From positions 1,120,001-1,184,000 of the forward strand of contig OY759599.1 of the NCBI GenBank assembly GCA_963662465.1: a DNA stretch of 64,000 nt, written 5' to 3'. This stretch comes from Desulfatiglandales bacterium (GTDB lineage Bacteria > Desulfobacterota > DSM-4660 > Desulfatiglandales > Desulfatiglandaceae). The translations under genes and the position numbers were made by a program. Shown one piece after another: positions 28,662-38,037 of the stretch (positions are counted from its first letter, which is position 1; each line of letters opens with the position of its first letter). A model generated the notes under the pieces. The model searched no databases. It saw only the letters and a program-made list of their open reading frames with translations, and was not told the DNA's origin.

Positions 28662-28967
28662 ATGTGGCAAATAATTGATGTGCATTTGACGAACGATAGT
28701 GAGGGCGAGATCAAACTCGTCCGGCTCAATGAACAGGGAAAACCCACAACCGAGCGGATGGTCTTGCCCATTACCGTGACGGATAAATTTGATTTTACAA
28801 CCGCACCCGAAACCTTAACCGACGGTGCGGTGGCTGAATTGCTTGACGACATCCTCGAAACCTTGGATGTGGACGAGGAGCCGTTTCAACCAGCGTATAT
28901 TGTCTCGACCATGGCAAAACCAGCGCAACCCACAAAGGCAAAAGTAGTGGGCAAACTCAACGCCTAA
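28662..28967 (+). CDS. Hypothetical protein
   Basis: ORF with GAGG RBS upstream of terL. Confidence 0.55.
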   Translation: MWQIIDVHLTNDSEGEIKLVRLNEQGKPTTERMVLPITVTDKFDFTTAPETLTDGAVAELLDDILETLDVDEEPFQPAYIVSTMAKPAQPTKAKVVGKLNA

Positions 28968-29045
28968 CACCAAATTATTAACACAAAAAATCACACAGAA
29001 CCTCTTTGAAGGTCCGTGATTGAACAGGACACCTAGGAGGTTCCC

Positions 29046-30860
29046 ATGGGCACCGAAACAGCGACAAAACCCAGCAACAAAGACAGAGTTAAGAAATGGC
29101 GAGCAAACACACCCGAGGCGTTTCTCCAGTGGGTTGATGACATCAAGCCTCGCATATTGATAAACTCAAGATACGAGATATTTCAACCGACCGAAAACCA
29201 GCTCAAACTTATACACCAAATCCTGAAGCCAGCCGAAAATCCTATTAATCAATCTGTGGATGAGCCCGTGCAAGCCATAGGCGAGCGGTCCCATAACGCC
29301 AGGAAAGCCAGACCTTCCCGCAAAACAAAACCGGTTGACGAGGAGCAGCAACAGGCAAGGCGCTCATCTTTTCAACACAGCCTATCATTAATAATAGAGC
29401 CCAGACGTCATGGCAAATCCACTCTATTTTGCTTGATGTGTTTGTGGTTGTTCACCAGCCGGAGAAACATCACCATCCAGCTCCTGGGAAACACGGAATC
29501 CCACTGCCGCAGGGTCCAGTTTTCAACCGTCAAGAAAATCATTGCTAACACGCCGACGCTGCGGAAGCTCATACCGGAAAAGCAGATGTTTGTGTATGAA
29601 ATCTTTTTCCCTGCGCTCGGCAATGTTTTGCAGATGAGCCCAGGAAATAATCCCTCCACTTCCTTTGGCGAAAAAATAGATGTCCTCTGGGTGTCCGATT
29701 TACACGCATCCACCGACCTGGCACCGTTCAACGCTCTTCAAGGCTCGCTCCTTGACTCCAAGGATTCTGTTTGCTGGCTCGACTCCAATGTGGACAGCAA
29801 GGGTGGCACCGTACACATGATCCAGGAGGAGGCGGTAAATGATCCGTCAATTTTCGCGCACCATACCTTTTACCGGGACTTGAATCATTACTGCGCAGAG
29901 GCACCGCCATGGATTTCCCGCACAAAGGCCAGACGCCTGGCGAAAACTTCTCTCCCTGCTGATTTCCGTAGAGATATTTTGGGCAAGCGCTCTGACGCTT
30001 CAAACGCTCTCTTCCCATCGGACGTTATTGAAATGTGCAAGAGCCCATATAAATGTCCGGTTGAGGATATTCAAACTTTGACGCAGGGACGAGCGTATTT
30101 TGTGGGTGGCGGTTTGGATAGATCGAAATCATTGCTGGGCAGTACATTTGGTGCCGATGCCACTATTTGGACCTGCGTTTTGAAAGTAGCAAATCCCAAA
30201 AATGAGGAACCCGAGATTTTCCTTTTGAACCAGGTGAACGTCATACCGAACACCGCAGCAAATATCAAAAAAATCATACTCAAGGACCACCAGCGTTATG
30301 GTTTGAAAATGGCTTGCCTTGAGGATTACGAAACCATGGATATTATCCCATGGCTGGAAGCCCAGAACATTCCCGTTGAAAAAATGTCACCTCATTCAAC
30401 GCGGCAGAATGCGTCATTTCCGGAGCTGGCCAGAATCTCACGAGAGGGCAGGCTCCATTTTCCCGAGGACGAAAAAGGGCTCGCCGATGAAATGGCCACA
30501 TTCAGCTATGTGAAAGCTCCCAGGGGTGAGGGTTATTCATTTGGCCATTCTAGCAAAAATCAGCACGACGACAGAGTTTATTCCCTGAACTGGGCCATTT
30601 ATGCTTTACGCAGTCAAATCATGAACCTTTACACCCTCAACCGTATCACCTGCACATCAAAACGACCGAACCGGCACCTCTGTTTTTTGATGGGCGGCAG
30701 CTTGGAATTACACTGCGCCCAAAACTGCGAGGCAGCAGTTGAAGTGCGCGACATGCACCGGCAGTTCCTTCAATATCAGCTCGACAGTGATATTGACTTA
30801 TCCCAATTTTACAAAAACCACGTAAAATTGACCGGAATAAAAACATATCAGGCCATATAG
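29046..30860 (+). CDS. Terminase large subunit
   Basis: Walker A PRRHGKS, nuclease GGLDRS and HDDRVYS; upstream of the portal gene. Confidence 0.8.
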   Translation: MGTETATKPSNKDRVKKWRANTPEAFLQWVDDIKPRILINSRYEIFQPTENQLKLIHQILKPAENPINQSVDEPVQAIGERSHNARKARPSRKTKPVDEEQQQARRSSFQHSLSLIIEPRRHGKSTLFCLMCLWLFTSRRNITIQLLGNTESHCRRVQFSTVKKIIANTPTLRKLIPEKQMFVYEIFFPALGNVLQMSPGNNPSTSFGEKIDVLWVSDLHASTDLAPFNALQGSLLDSKDSVCWLDSNVDSKGGTVHMIQEEAVNDPSIFAHHTFYRDLNHYCAEAPPWISRTKARRLAKTSLPADFRRDILGKRSDASNALFPSDVIEMCKSPYKCPVEDIQTLTQGRAYFVGGGLDRSKSLLGSTFGADATIWTCVLKVANPKNEEPEIFLLNQVNVIPNTAANIKKIILKDHQRYGLKMACLEDYETMDIIPWLEAQNIPVEKMSPHSTRQNASFPELARISREGRLHFPEDEKGLADEMATFSYVKAPRGEGYSFGHSSKNQHDDRVYSLNWAIYALRSQIMNLYTLNRITCTSKRPNRHLCFLMGGSLELHCAQNCEAAVEVRDMHRQFLQYQLDSDIDLSQFYKNHVKLTGIKTYQAI

Positions 30861-30862
30861 CC

Positions 30863-31090
30863 ATGATTGACGCAATAAATAACAAAACAGACCAAAAAAA
30901 AGACTGGACAAATCGGAAAACATCAATTATGGTTGATATTCGATGTTTTAACTGCAATCGGTTGTTATGCACGGGGCACATAACCGAGGGAGAAATAGTT
31001 ATCAAGTGTGGTAAGTGCGGCAAGATGATAACTATAGGCGCACATGGCGCACAACCGGCAACGGTTAAAACGGTCCGGTTAGTGCGCTAA
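30863..31090 (+). CDS. Com-family zinc-ribbon regulator
   Basis: DIRCFNCNRLL...IVIKCGKCGK. Confidence 0.75.
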   Translation: MIDAINNKTDQKKDWTNRKTSIMVDIRCFNCNRLLCTGHITEGEIVIKCGKCGKMITIGAHGAQPATVKTVRLVR

Positions 31091-31120
31091 AAATCACAAA
31101 AGAAATCAGAGCCCATTCAG

Positions 31121-31157
31121 AGGCCATTTGCGGATTATACCGCAGGTGGCCTTTTTT
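31121..31157 (+). terminator. Terminator/attenuator-like hairpin before the portal gene
   Basis: AGGCCATTTGCGG-ATTATA-CCGCAGGTGGCCT followed by a T run. Confidence 0.7.
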
Positions 31158-31180
31158 AGTTTGCCCCAAAGGAAAAAACA

Positions 31181-32521
31181 ATGCTTTGGAATAGTACAGC
31201 AAAAGACGTGGTGCAGAAGATGTTCAAGGAAGCTGCGGAGAAGGAAACGCGAGCCAGGAAGGATGATACCATCAAGCGCTTGTCCTATTATCACGATGAG
31301 CAAGAGGCGTATATCACCGAGCAGCTCAATCAGCACCACGCCGATCCGGACGCTTTTACGCCTGTTTTTTTCAACGTCTGCAAAAAAATCATCAATCAGC
31401 TCTCCATGGTTTACATGGCGGACGCAACACGAGAGATTGACGGCAGCGTCCAAGACAAAGCCATATTCGACATGATTGTGGATTCTTCAAATCTGAATCT
31501 CAAGATGAAAACCGCCTCCCGTTATACGCAGCTCTTAAAAACAATCATGCTGCGTCCGATCTGGCGACAGGGAAAAATGGACCTGGATATATATGATGGG
31601 AGCATACTTGACGTTGAAACCGGTGACTCTCCCGAACACCTGGAAAGGGTGATGGTTACGCACTATCCACAGAGCGGAGAATCTAAGGACATCGAATATA
31701 GTTTATGGGACATCGAAACATACCGCAGGCTGGATTATAACGGCAACACCCTCGAAAACGCACAAAACCCATATCAAGTAATCCCTTTTGTGCCGATCTG
31801 GGCAAGCTATCCGGCAACCGGCAGTTTCTGGGCGGCAGGCGGTAATGATTTAATCTCGGTGCAAAGTACCATCAACCAAAAACTCACGGATTTAATGTTA
31901 GTTTTGGAATATCAGGGTTTTGGTGTTCCTGTGGCAAAAGGGTTGCCCACGGGTGGAAATTTGCACATCGGACCGAATACCGCAGTGGAAATCGAAAATC
32001 CAGAGGGTTCCTTTGAGTTCCAGGCCACCAGAGCGCCCATTCAACAGATTCTCAATTCAATAGAATTCCTCGCAAAGAATCTCGCCATATCGAACGGCTT
32101 GAGCGCAGCATCCATGAGCGTTAAACCGACGCAGGAATCCGGTTTGAGCCGTATCAGTGGCAGCACAGAATTGACGGAATTACGAAAAGACCAGATCAGC
32201 CTTTTTGGGCGCTATGAAAGACAGCTTTTCGCCATGTTCAAAACGGTATGGAATGCGCACAATCCCACCAAAAAGATAACCGAAAACGCCAGGCTTAAGA
32301 TTGACTTTTTTGATCCGCGTCCGGTGATGAGCCCAGATAAACAGGCAGAGCTATGGGCGGCAGAATTAGAGATGGGCACCATATCAAGGACGGACATCCT
32401 AATGCTCAAGAATCCAGATTTGAGCAAGGAAGACGCAATAGAAAAACTGGCTGAAATCCAGGCAGAAAACAAAACCTATAACACCTCGTCTCCTGAGACG
32501 TTAAACCAGCCGGAGGAATAA
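31181..32521 (+). CDS. Portal protein (SPP1 gp6-like)
   Basis: YY..Q, NVCKKIINQ, NPYQVIPFV, QSTIN, ESGLSR, IDF; size and position between terL and scaffold. Confidence 0.8.
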   Translation: MLWNSTAKDVVQKMFKEAAEKETRARKDDTIKRLSYYHDEQEAYITEQLNQHHADPDAFTPVFFNVCKKIINQLSMVYMADATREIDGSVQDKAIFDMIVDSSNLNLKMKTASRYTQLLKTIMLRPIWRQGKMDLDIYDGSILDVETGDSPEHLERVMVTHYPQSGESKDIEYSLWDIETYRRLDYNGNTLENAQNPYQVIPFVPIWASYPATGSFWAAGGNDLISVQSTINQKLTDLMLVLEYQGFGVPVAKGLPTGGNLHIGPNTAVEIENPEGSFEFQATRAPIQQILNSIEFLAKNLAISNGLSAASMSVKPTQESGLSRISGSTELTELRKDQISLFGRYERQLFAMFKTVWNAHNPTKKITENARLKIDFFDPRPVMSPDKQAELWAAELEMGTISRTDILMLKNPDLSKEDAIEKLAEIQAENKTYNTSSPETLNQPEE

Positions 32522-32524
32522 ATT

Positions 32525-32905
32525 ATGGCAGATGAAACCGTCAACACGGACGTAAACAGTGGAAATGAAACAACCCAGACCGACACGGGAAACACACCCG
32601 AAAAAAGTGAAACGATGATCCCTAAAAGCAGATTCGACCAGATCAATCAGCAAAAACGAGAGGCGATTGACGCTCTTAAATCTGTGGCTGATCTTATGAC
32701 GCAGGACGTGCCGGAAGCCTATCAAAGCCTGGTGCCGGAATTACCGCCAGCACAAAAGATTGAATGGATTAGACAGGCGCAAAAATCAGGGATTTTCAAT
32801 CAGCAAAAAGAAAACGGTCTGGACAGTAAAAGACCAGCAGGCAAACCGCCTCTGGATACAAGTAAAATGCAGCCAATGGAAATGATGGTCCATGGCTACA
32901 AATAA
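32525..32905 (+). CDS. Capsid scaffolding-like protein
   Basis: MIPKSRFDQIN motif, low-complexity N-terminus, C-terminal ..GYK; directly before the capsid gene. Confidence 0.7.
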   Translation: MADETVNTDVNSGNETTQTDTGNTPEKSETMIPKSRFDQINQQKREAIDALKSVADLMTQDVPEAYQSLVPELPPAQKIEWIRQAQKSGIFNQQKENGLDSKRPAGKPPLDTSKMQPMEMMVHGYK

Positions 32906-32920
32906 CGAGGAATAAATATC

Positions 32921-33856
32921 ATGGCAATTTCACTAATTGAGGCGAGCAAGCTTAAAAACGATCCCCTGGCAAAAGGGATAATTATGTGTTTCCCGCAGGC
33001 ATCTCCGGTGCTTGAAATGATTCCATTTCTATCTGTGGCCAGCGACAGCTACAAATACAACAGAGCCGACACGCTGCCCAGATCAGATTTCAGGGCGCTC
33101 AATGAGAACTACACAGAAGGGACCAGTTCCCTCGATCACGTAACCGAATCCCTCACTATTTCTGGCGGTTTCTCTGACGTTGACAGAGCGCTTGTGAAGA
33201 CACAGGGTAATATTAATGATCTGCGGGCAATTCATGACGCACTTAAAGCCAGATCCTGCGCCTTGAAATGGGAAAAGACTTTTTTCAAGGGCGATTGTGA
33301 GTCAGATTCTAAGGAATTCGATGGGCTCCAGACTCGCCTAATCGGTGACCAACTGATTGACGCAGGTTCCAGCGCAGGAGGCGATGCTCTTTCCCTGGCG
33401 AAACTCGATCAGCTCCTGGACCAAATCGATGGAAGCCCAGACGCGCTTTTTATGAACAAAACCATGAGAAGGAGATTGACGGTTGCGGCAAGAACCACAT
33501 CGGTGGGCGGTGACATCAACTATACGCTGGATCAATTCGGACGCCGAGTCACTACCTATAACGATGTGCCGATCAGAATCGTTGAGGAGGATGAAGAGAA
33601 TAACGATATTCTCGGATTTGATGAGGCCTGTGCCTCCGGAAGTTCTGTCGGCACAAGCATCTATGCGGTGAAATTCTCACTGGGAACTCACTGTTTTGGC
33701 CTGCAATGTGGCGAGCTTGAAGTGCTCGATATGGGCCTGTATTCGGGCGGTGTGAAGTATCGAACTCTCATTGAGTGGATCAGCGGATTTACTCTGGCAC
33801 ATAATAAATCAGCGGCAAGACTGCGCTATATTAAGGACGCTGCGGTTGTCGCTTAA
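32921..33856 (+). CDS. Major capsid protein
   Basis: MAISLIEASK, SPVLEMIPF, FRALNE, GGFSDVDR, FFKGD..EFDGL, TSIYAVK, AARL. Confidence 0.85.
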   Translation: MAISLIEASKLKNDPLAKGIIMCFPQASPVLEMIPFLSVASDSYKYNRADTLPRSDFRALNENYTEGTSSLDHVTESLTISGGFSDVDRALVKTQGNINDLRAIHDALKARSCALKWEKTFFKGDCESDSKEFDGLQTRLIGDQLIDAGSSAGGDALSLAKLDQLLDQIDGSPDALFMNKTMRRRLTVAARTTSVGGDINYTLDQFGRRVTTYNDVPIRIVEEDEENNDILGFDEACASGSSVGTSIYAVKFSLGTHCFGLQCGELEVLDMGLYSGGVKYRTLIEWISGFTLAHNKSAARLRYIKDAAVVA

Positions 33857-34053
33857 ACGATAAATTAGGCCACCTGGTCCGAGCTGACACCATGATAAAC
33901 GAGGGTTTTTATCCTTTTTCTTCCTTCAAATATTTTTATCATGATTGTGGCCATAAAAGCTCGGACTCGCACCCTGCGGAGTGCGTCAAGGAATCTTAAC
34001 AGATTTTCTGCCGTTAAAGCCATGGGCGGTGGGGTTGTCCCACCGCCTATCTT

Positions 34054-34443
34054 ATGATCAGTTTCCCTTTCATCAAGCTGGAGGGATTTTATGGTGGGCA
34101 GCTTGCCCCAAAACCTGCTGCCCATCATTATAAAATCACAATGCAAAAACGCCAGATCGAAAAAATAACATATCGTGATCATAGATGTGCCGGTTACGAA
34201 AAGTGCCTCAAGACGGCAGCGATTATGGATTATCCCATGGATTGCCGGGACTGCCCAAACCGACGCCACAAGATACCTCGCCCTTCTCCTATTCACAATG
34301 AAATGATAACGGAAGAAGCCGAAAACTGCACAAGGCTCCTTCAAGCGATTTTCCATCCAGAGCGATATTACCACAAACACGACGTCCGGCAATGGGTCGA
34401 ACCGCCAGCGGATGCACCTTTGGCAAGGGTTGAATGGCTTTAA
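34054..34443 (+). CDS. Hypothetical Cys-containing protein
   Basis: CAGYEKC..CRDCPN; start uncertain (possibly 34141). Confidence 0.45.
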   Translation: MISFPFIKLEGFYGGQLAPKPAAHHYKITMQKRQIEKITYRDHRCAGYEKCLKTAAIMDYPMDCRDCPNRRHKIPRPSPIHNEMITEEAENCTRLLQAIFHPERYYHKHDVRQWVEPPADAPLARVEWL

Positions 34444-34569
34444 TTCAAGGATTGATTGAGGTGGGATTTAGATTCCTGATCCCCATGAATGAGGACCAGG
34501 AATTTCGGAACTCCTCCGCATAACGTTTTCATAATTTCACCATGTAGAAAAAAGGTGGGGTTTAGGCGG

Positions 34570-34758
34570 TTATTCTATTGTTAATTGTTCTCCCGTTTCA
34601 TTATCAAACCACAGCATGGTATCTCCCTCTTCAATATCCTGTGTTGTGATAATTTTATCCTGCCGGATATCTTTTGGTAACTCGTCGCCAGAACATTTTA
34701 CTATCGAATCATCATCTTTGAAATAGCCACGGACAGCCTCTTTCATCATTGTTGTCAT
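34570..34758 (-). CDS. Hypothetical protein
   Basis: AGGAG RBS; overlaps the upstream ORF (ATGA). Confidence 0.5.
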   Translation of the reverse strand: MTTMMKEAVRGYFKDDDSIVKCSGDELPKDIRQDKIITTQDIEEGDTMLWFDNETGEQLTIE

Positions 34759-34955
34759 ATAAGGCTCCTTTCTTCTGTAGAAATTTCTAATTTTTCGCTG
34801 ACATCGTTAAATATCTGGAGCGCTTCATCCAATGACCCTTGAACATATCCAGAATATTCATTCAATTCATCCTGAAAAGAATATGCAGTTTTCAGGTGCT
34901 GCCCCATTTGTGTTAATTGTTTTCTAACCTCATCCATCATTTCACTTTCAATCAT
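34755..34955 (-). CDS. Hypothetical protein
   Basis: GGAG RBS; coupled to 34570-34758. Confidence 0.5.
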   Translation of the reverse strand: MIESEMMDEVRKQLTQMGQHLKTAYSFQDELNEYSGYVQGSLDEALQIFNDVSEKLEISTEERSLI

Positions 34956-35399
34956 TTCAATATCTCCATTAGGGTTGACGTTAAACTGCTATCCGTTACC
35001 ATTTCATTCTGTGTTTTCACCTCCTTTAATAGTTATTTTCGATCAGCTTTTAAAAACCATTATAGCATATTTTCAAGTTTTTCTTTAAAAAATATTCAAA
35101 AAAATTACAGTGCCGGACCCGTCTCCTTTCTCAATCATTTCCTTATTATACCATTTTCTTAACGTTTTTTTACGGTTTTCTTTCCTGGTTCAAAAATAAA
35201 TATCTCACTATAAACTTGCTGTCAGCGGCACGAGATTAAACGCCAGATTGACCTATACAATCATATTAACCACCTCCCGAACGTTGAACCTGGGCAATCC
35301 TGCAAGGCCACATTTTCGCCCAGACGCCTATCTTTTCTTAATCTGCGCCCTAATCCACATAAATACTGGATATTTCTCGATTAATCACCGGAATAAAGC

Positions 35400-35432
35400 T
35401 TGACATCAATATAACTCATCTTTACTGTGTCA
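35400..35432 (+). promoter_or_regulatory. sigma70-like promoter of the RHH-integrase operon
   Basis: TTGACA-N17-TACTGT with TGACA..TGTCA inverted repeat. Confidence 0.6.
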
Positions 35433-35464
35433 GACAGATTCAAACACAAAGGAGGAGAATAACG

Positions 35465-35650
35465 ATGAGCGAAAAATTGATGAGTTTCAGGGTTGATGAA
35501 TTTTTAAGGGATGAATTCAAAATGGCGGCAGCGTTTCGTCGGAAGACCATGGCGCAGGTGCTTAATGACAAGATTGTTGAGTTTGTGGAAGAAACCATGG
35601 CGGCAATGAATGACGCACAAGATAAACGTAAAAAAACGTCTAAAAAATGA
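35465..35650 (+). CDS. Ribbon-helix-helix-like regulator
   Basis: KLMSFRVDEFLRDEFKMAA..RKTMAQVL; AGGAGG RBS. Confidence 0.65.
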   Translation: MSEKLMSFRVDEFLRDEFKMAAAFRRKTMAQVLNDKIVEFVEETMAAMNDAQDKRKKTSKK

Positions 35651-35679
35651 TATAATAGAAAGTAAAAAGGAGAATTAAC

Positions 35680-36840
35680 ATGGGCGTGAATGTAAGGGAG
35701 AAACCGACAGGCAGCGGGATTTGGTGGGTATTTGCTAACCACAAAGGAGAAAGGAAGTCTTTAAAAGTAGGCAGAGATAAAAAAACGGCTTTAAAAATTG
35801 CAAAGGTTACAGAAGCAAGACTGGTTCTCGGGGATCTGGATATAGATGATTTCAACAAAAAGGTTCCCACGCTGAAAAAGTATGCAGAGAAATGGTTCTC
35901 CCTGCCGCACAAGACCGGCAAGGGCACCATGCACACCTATAAAAGGAATCTCGAATTGCATGTTTATCCGGTATTAGGGAACCGTCCGCTTGACCAGCTT
36001 AAACGAAAAGATTTTAAGGATATGTTTAATGACCTTCTCACAAAGGGTATGGCAGAGAGTAATTTTCAAAACATCAAATCACCTCTGAGTAGGATATTTC
36101 ATGAAGCCATGGATGACCAGTTGGTTCAAGTCAATCCTTTGGCTGGATTGTCATATTCAAAGGCCAGCAAAATTGACATCAAGCCATTGACCGAGGAGGA
36201 GGTTTTCACCTTTCTGGATGCCGCAAAAGAATATGAGGGAGGAAGATATTATCCAATTTTCTTGACCTTGCTACGCACGGGAATGAGGATAGGCGAGGCA
36301 TTAGGGTTGCAATGGCAGGATATTGATTTCAAATGGGACCCTAAAAAAAAGGAGGGACGCCAAATCCACATTCAAAGGCACATGGTAAAAAATGTGGCAA
36401 AACCAGGGACGAAAAACGGCAAGACCAGAACGGTTGACATGACACCGGTTTTGAGCGACACTCTGCGAGCGCTCAAACGTGAGAAACAGAAGGAAGCATT
36501 AAAAACCGGAAGGCCTTTTTGCCAGTATTGTTTCGCCATGGGAGACAAAACCGAGCCGGTCAGTTCTCAATGGATGGGAATAACCATGCCGGAAATATTG
36601 AAACTTGCCGGTTTGCCGAAAATGAGGATTCATGACCTGCGGCATACATACGCAACCATCAGGATAATGAATAGCCACAACATCGCAGACGTTTCTTATC
36701 AGATGGGACACAGTTCTATAAAAATTACGATTGACACCTACACGCACTGGAAACCGGGGAGATTTAAGAGTGAGGTTGATAAGTTAGACCTGCAACCAGA
36801 CGCAACCCAGACGCAACCACAGGAAAATGAAAATGGATAA
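35680..36840 (+). CDS. Tyrosine integrase
   Basis: TGMRIGEALGL, TKNGK, HDLRHTYA, MGHSSIKITIDTY. Confidence 0.95.
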   Translation: MGVNVREKPTGSGIWWVFANHKGERKSLKVGRDKKTALKIAKVTEARLVLGDLDIDDFNKKVPTLKKYAEKWFSLPHKTGKGTMHTYKRNLELHVYPVLGNRPLDQLKRKDFKDMFNDLLTKGMAESNFQNIKSPLSRIFHEAMDDQLVQVNPLAGLSYSKASKIDIKPLTEEEVFTFLDAAKEYEGGRYYPIFLTLLRTGMRIGEALGLQWQDIDFKWDPKKKEGRQIHIQRHMVKNVAKPGTKNGKTRTVDMTPVLSDTLRALKREKQKEALKTGRPFCQYCFAMGDKTEPVSSQWMGITMPEILKLAGLPKMRIHDLRHTYATIRIMNSHNIADVSYQMGHSSIKITIDTYTHWKPGRFKSEVDKLDLQPDATQTQPQENENG

Positions 36841-36871
36841 AATTAACAGTTTCAAGGAGTTGGTCAAGCAG

Positions 36872-36887
36872 TTTTCCCTTGACATGA
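36872..36887 (+). repeat. Putative attR, overlapping a -35 box upstream of fabH
   Basis: TTTTCCCTTGACATGA 31 bp after the integrase stop; GCAACC repeats (possible arm sites) at 36792-36818. Confidence 0.7.
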
Positions 36888-37035
36888 AAGTTCCGGCTAA
36901 TTATATCAAACATATTATTTTGGGTAGAGATGGTTTAAGTTATGTATTTCAAACAGGATATGATCTGTTGAATCATTGTGGGGTTGTAGCGCGACATTAC
37001 AATGGGTAAGTTTGATTTGGAAGGATGACTTTAAA

Positions 37036-38037
37036 ATGGCAATGATGCCAAGAGGAAGGATTGTTGGAACCGGTTCAGCGGCGCCGAAAAGGATATTGTC
37101 CAACGTGGAACTCGAGAGCATTGTGGACACCAACAATGAGTGGATTGTGCGGCGAAGCGGTATCGAAGAACGGCGTATTGCATCAAAAGACCGGGATGAG
37201 ACCACCACGGATCTGGCGACGGATGCTTCTCGGAAAGCCCTGGAGATGGCGGGAATTTCCCCTGATAACCTGGATATGATCGTGACGGGAACCGTTACGC
37301 CGGATCGACAGTTTCCATCGGCCGCCTGCATGGTACAGGAGGCCCTGGACGCCTCAAATGCAACGGCTTTTGATGTTTCAGCCGGATGTTCGGGGTTTTT
37401 GTATGCCCTTGCAATGGCCAACAACGCCATTCAATGCGGGACCTGCAAAACGGCCCTGGTCATGGGGGTGGAGCGACTGTCCACCATTTTGAACTGGGAC
37501 GACCGCGGCACCTGCGTCCTCCTTGGGGACGGGGCCGGGGCTGTCGTGTTGACCGCGGAAAAAGGCGATGAGGGGATATTGTCCACCCATTTGAAGTCCG
37601 ACGGCAGGCTTGGGGATCTTCTCTATTCATCCGACGGAAAATCAAGGCTTCCGGAAATTTTGAGTTGCGTTGACCAAAAATCTTATCATCTCAGGATGGA
37701 AGGCAATCGCCTTTTCAAACGGGCCATCAACTGTTTGACATCCATTGCTCAAGAAGCCCTCGATCACAATCATATGAGTGAAGCGGACGTTGACCATATG
37801 ATCCCCCATCAGGCTAATCTCAGGATTATTCAGGCTACGGCCAAAAATCTAAAAATTCCTATGGATAGGGTCTATACCAATATTCAGCGGTATGGGAACA
37901 CCTCCTCAGCCTCTATTCCCATTGCCATGGATGAGGCCAATCGAGAGGGGTGTCTGGCAACCGGCGCCAATGTCCTTTTGGTGAGTTTTGGCGCGGGGCT
38001 TACATGGGGGTCTTCCCTGTTGAAGTGGGCCTTATGA
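37036..38037 (+). CDS. fabH: 3-oxoacyl-ACP synthase III
   Basis: DTNNEWI..RSGIEERR, AGCSGF, GDGAGA, PHQANLRI, GNTSSASIP, FGAGLTWG. Confidence 0.95.
   Translation: MAMMPRGRIVGTGSAAPKRILSNVELESIVDTNNEWIVRRSGIEERRIASKDRDETTTDLATDASRKALEMAGISPDNLDMIVTGTVTPDRQFPSAACMVQEALDASNATAFDVSAGCSGFLYALAMANNAIQCGTCKTALVMGVERLSTILNWDDRGTCVLLGDGAGAVVLTAEKGDEGILSTHLKSDGRLGDLLYSSDGKSRLPEILSCVDQKSYHLRMEGNRLFKRAINCLTSIAQEALDHNHMSEADVDHMIPHQANLRIIQATAKNLKIPMDRVYTNIQRYGNTSSASIPIAMDEANREGCLATGANVLLVSFGAGLTWGSSLLKWAL

Larger units (their letters stand above)
22480..36887 (+). mobile_element. 14.4-kb integrative, capsid-encoding phage-satellite-like element
   Basis: Integrase, xis-like, primase-helicase, terminase, portal, scaffold and capsid genes between direct repeats TTTTC(T/C)CTTGACATGA. 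Confidence 0.85.
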
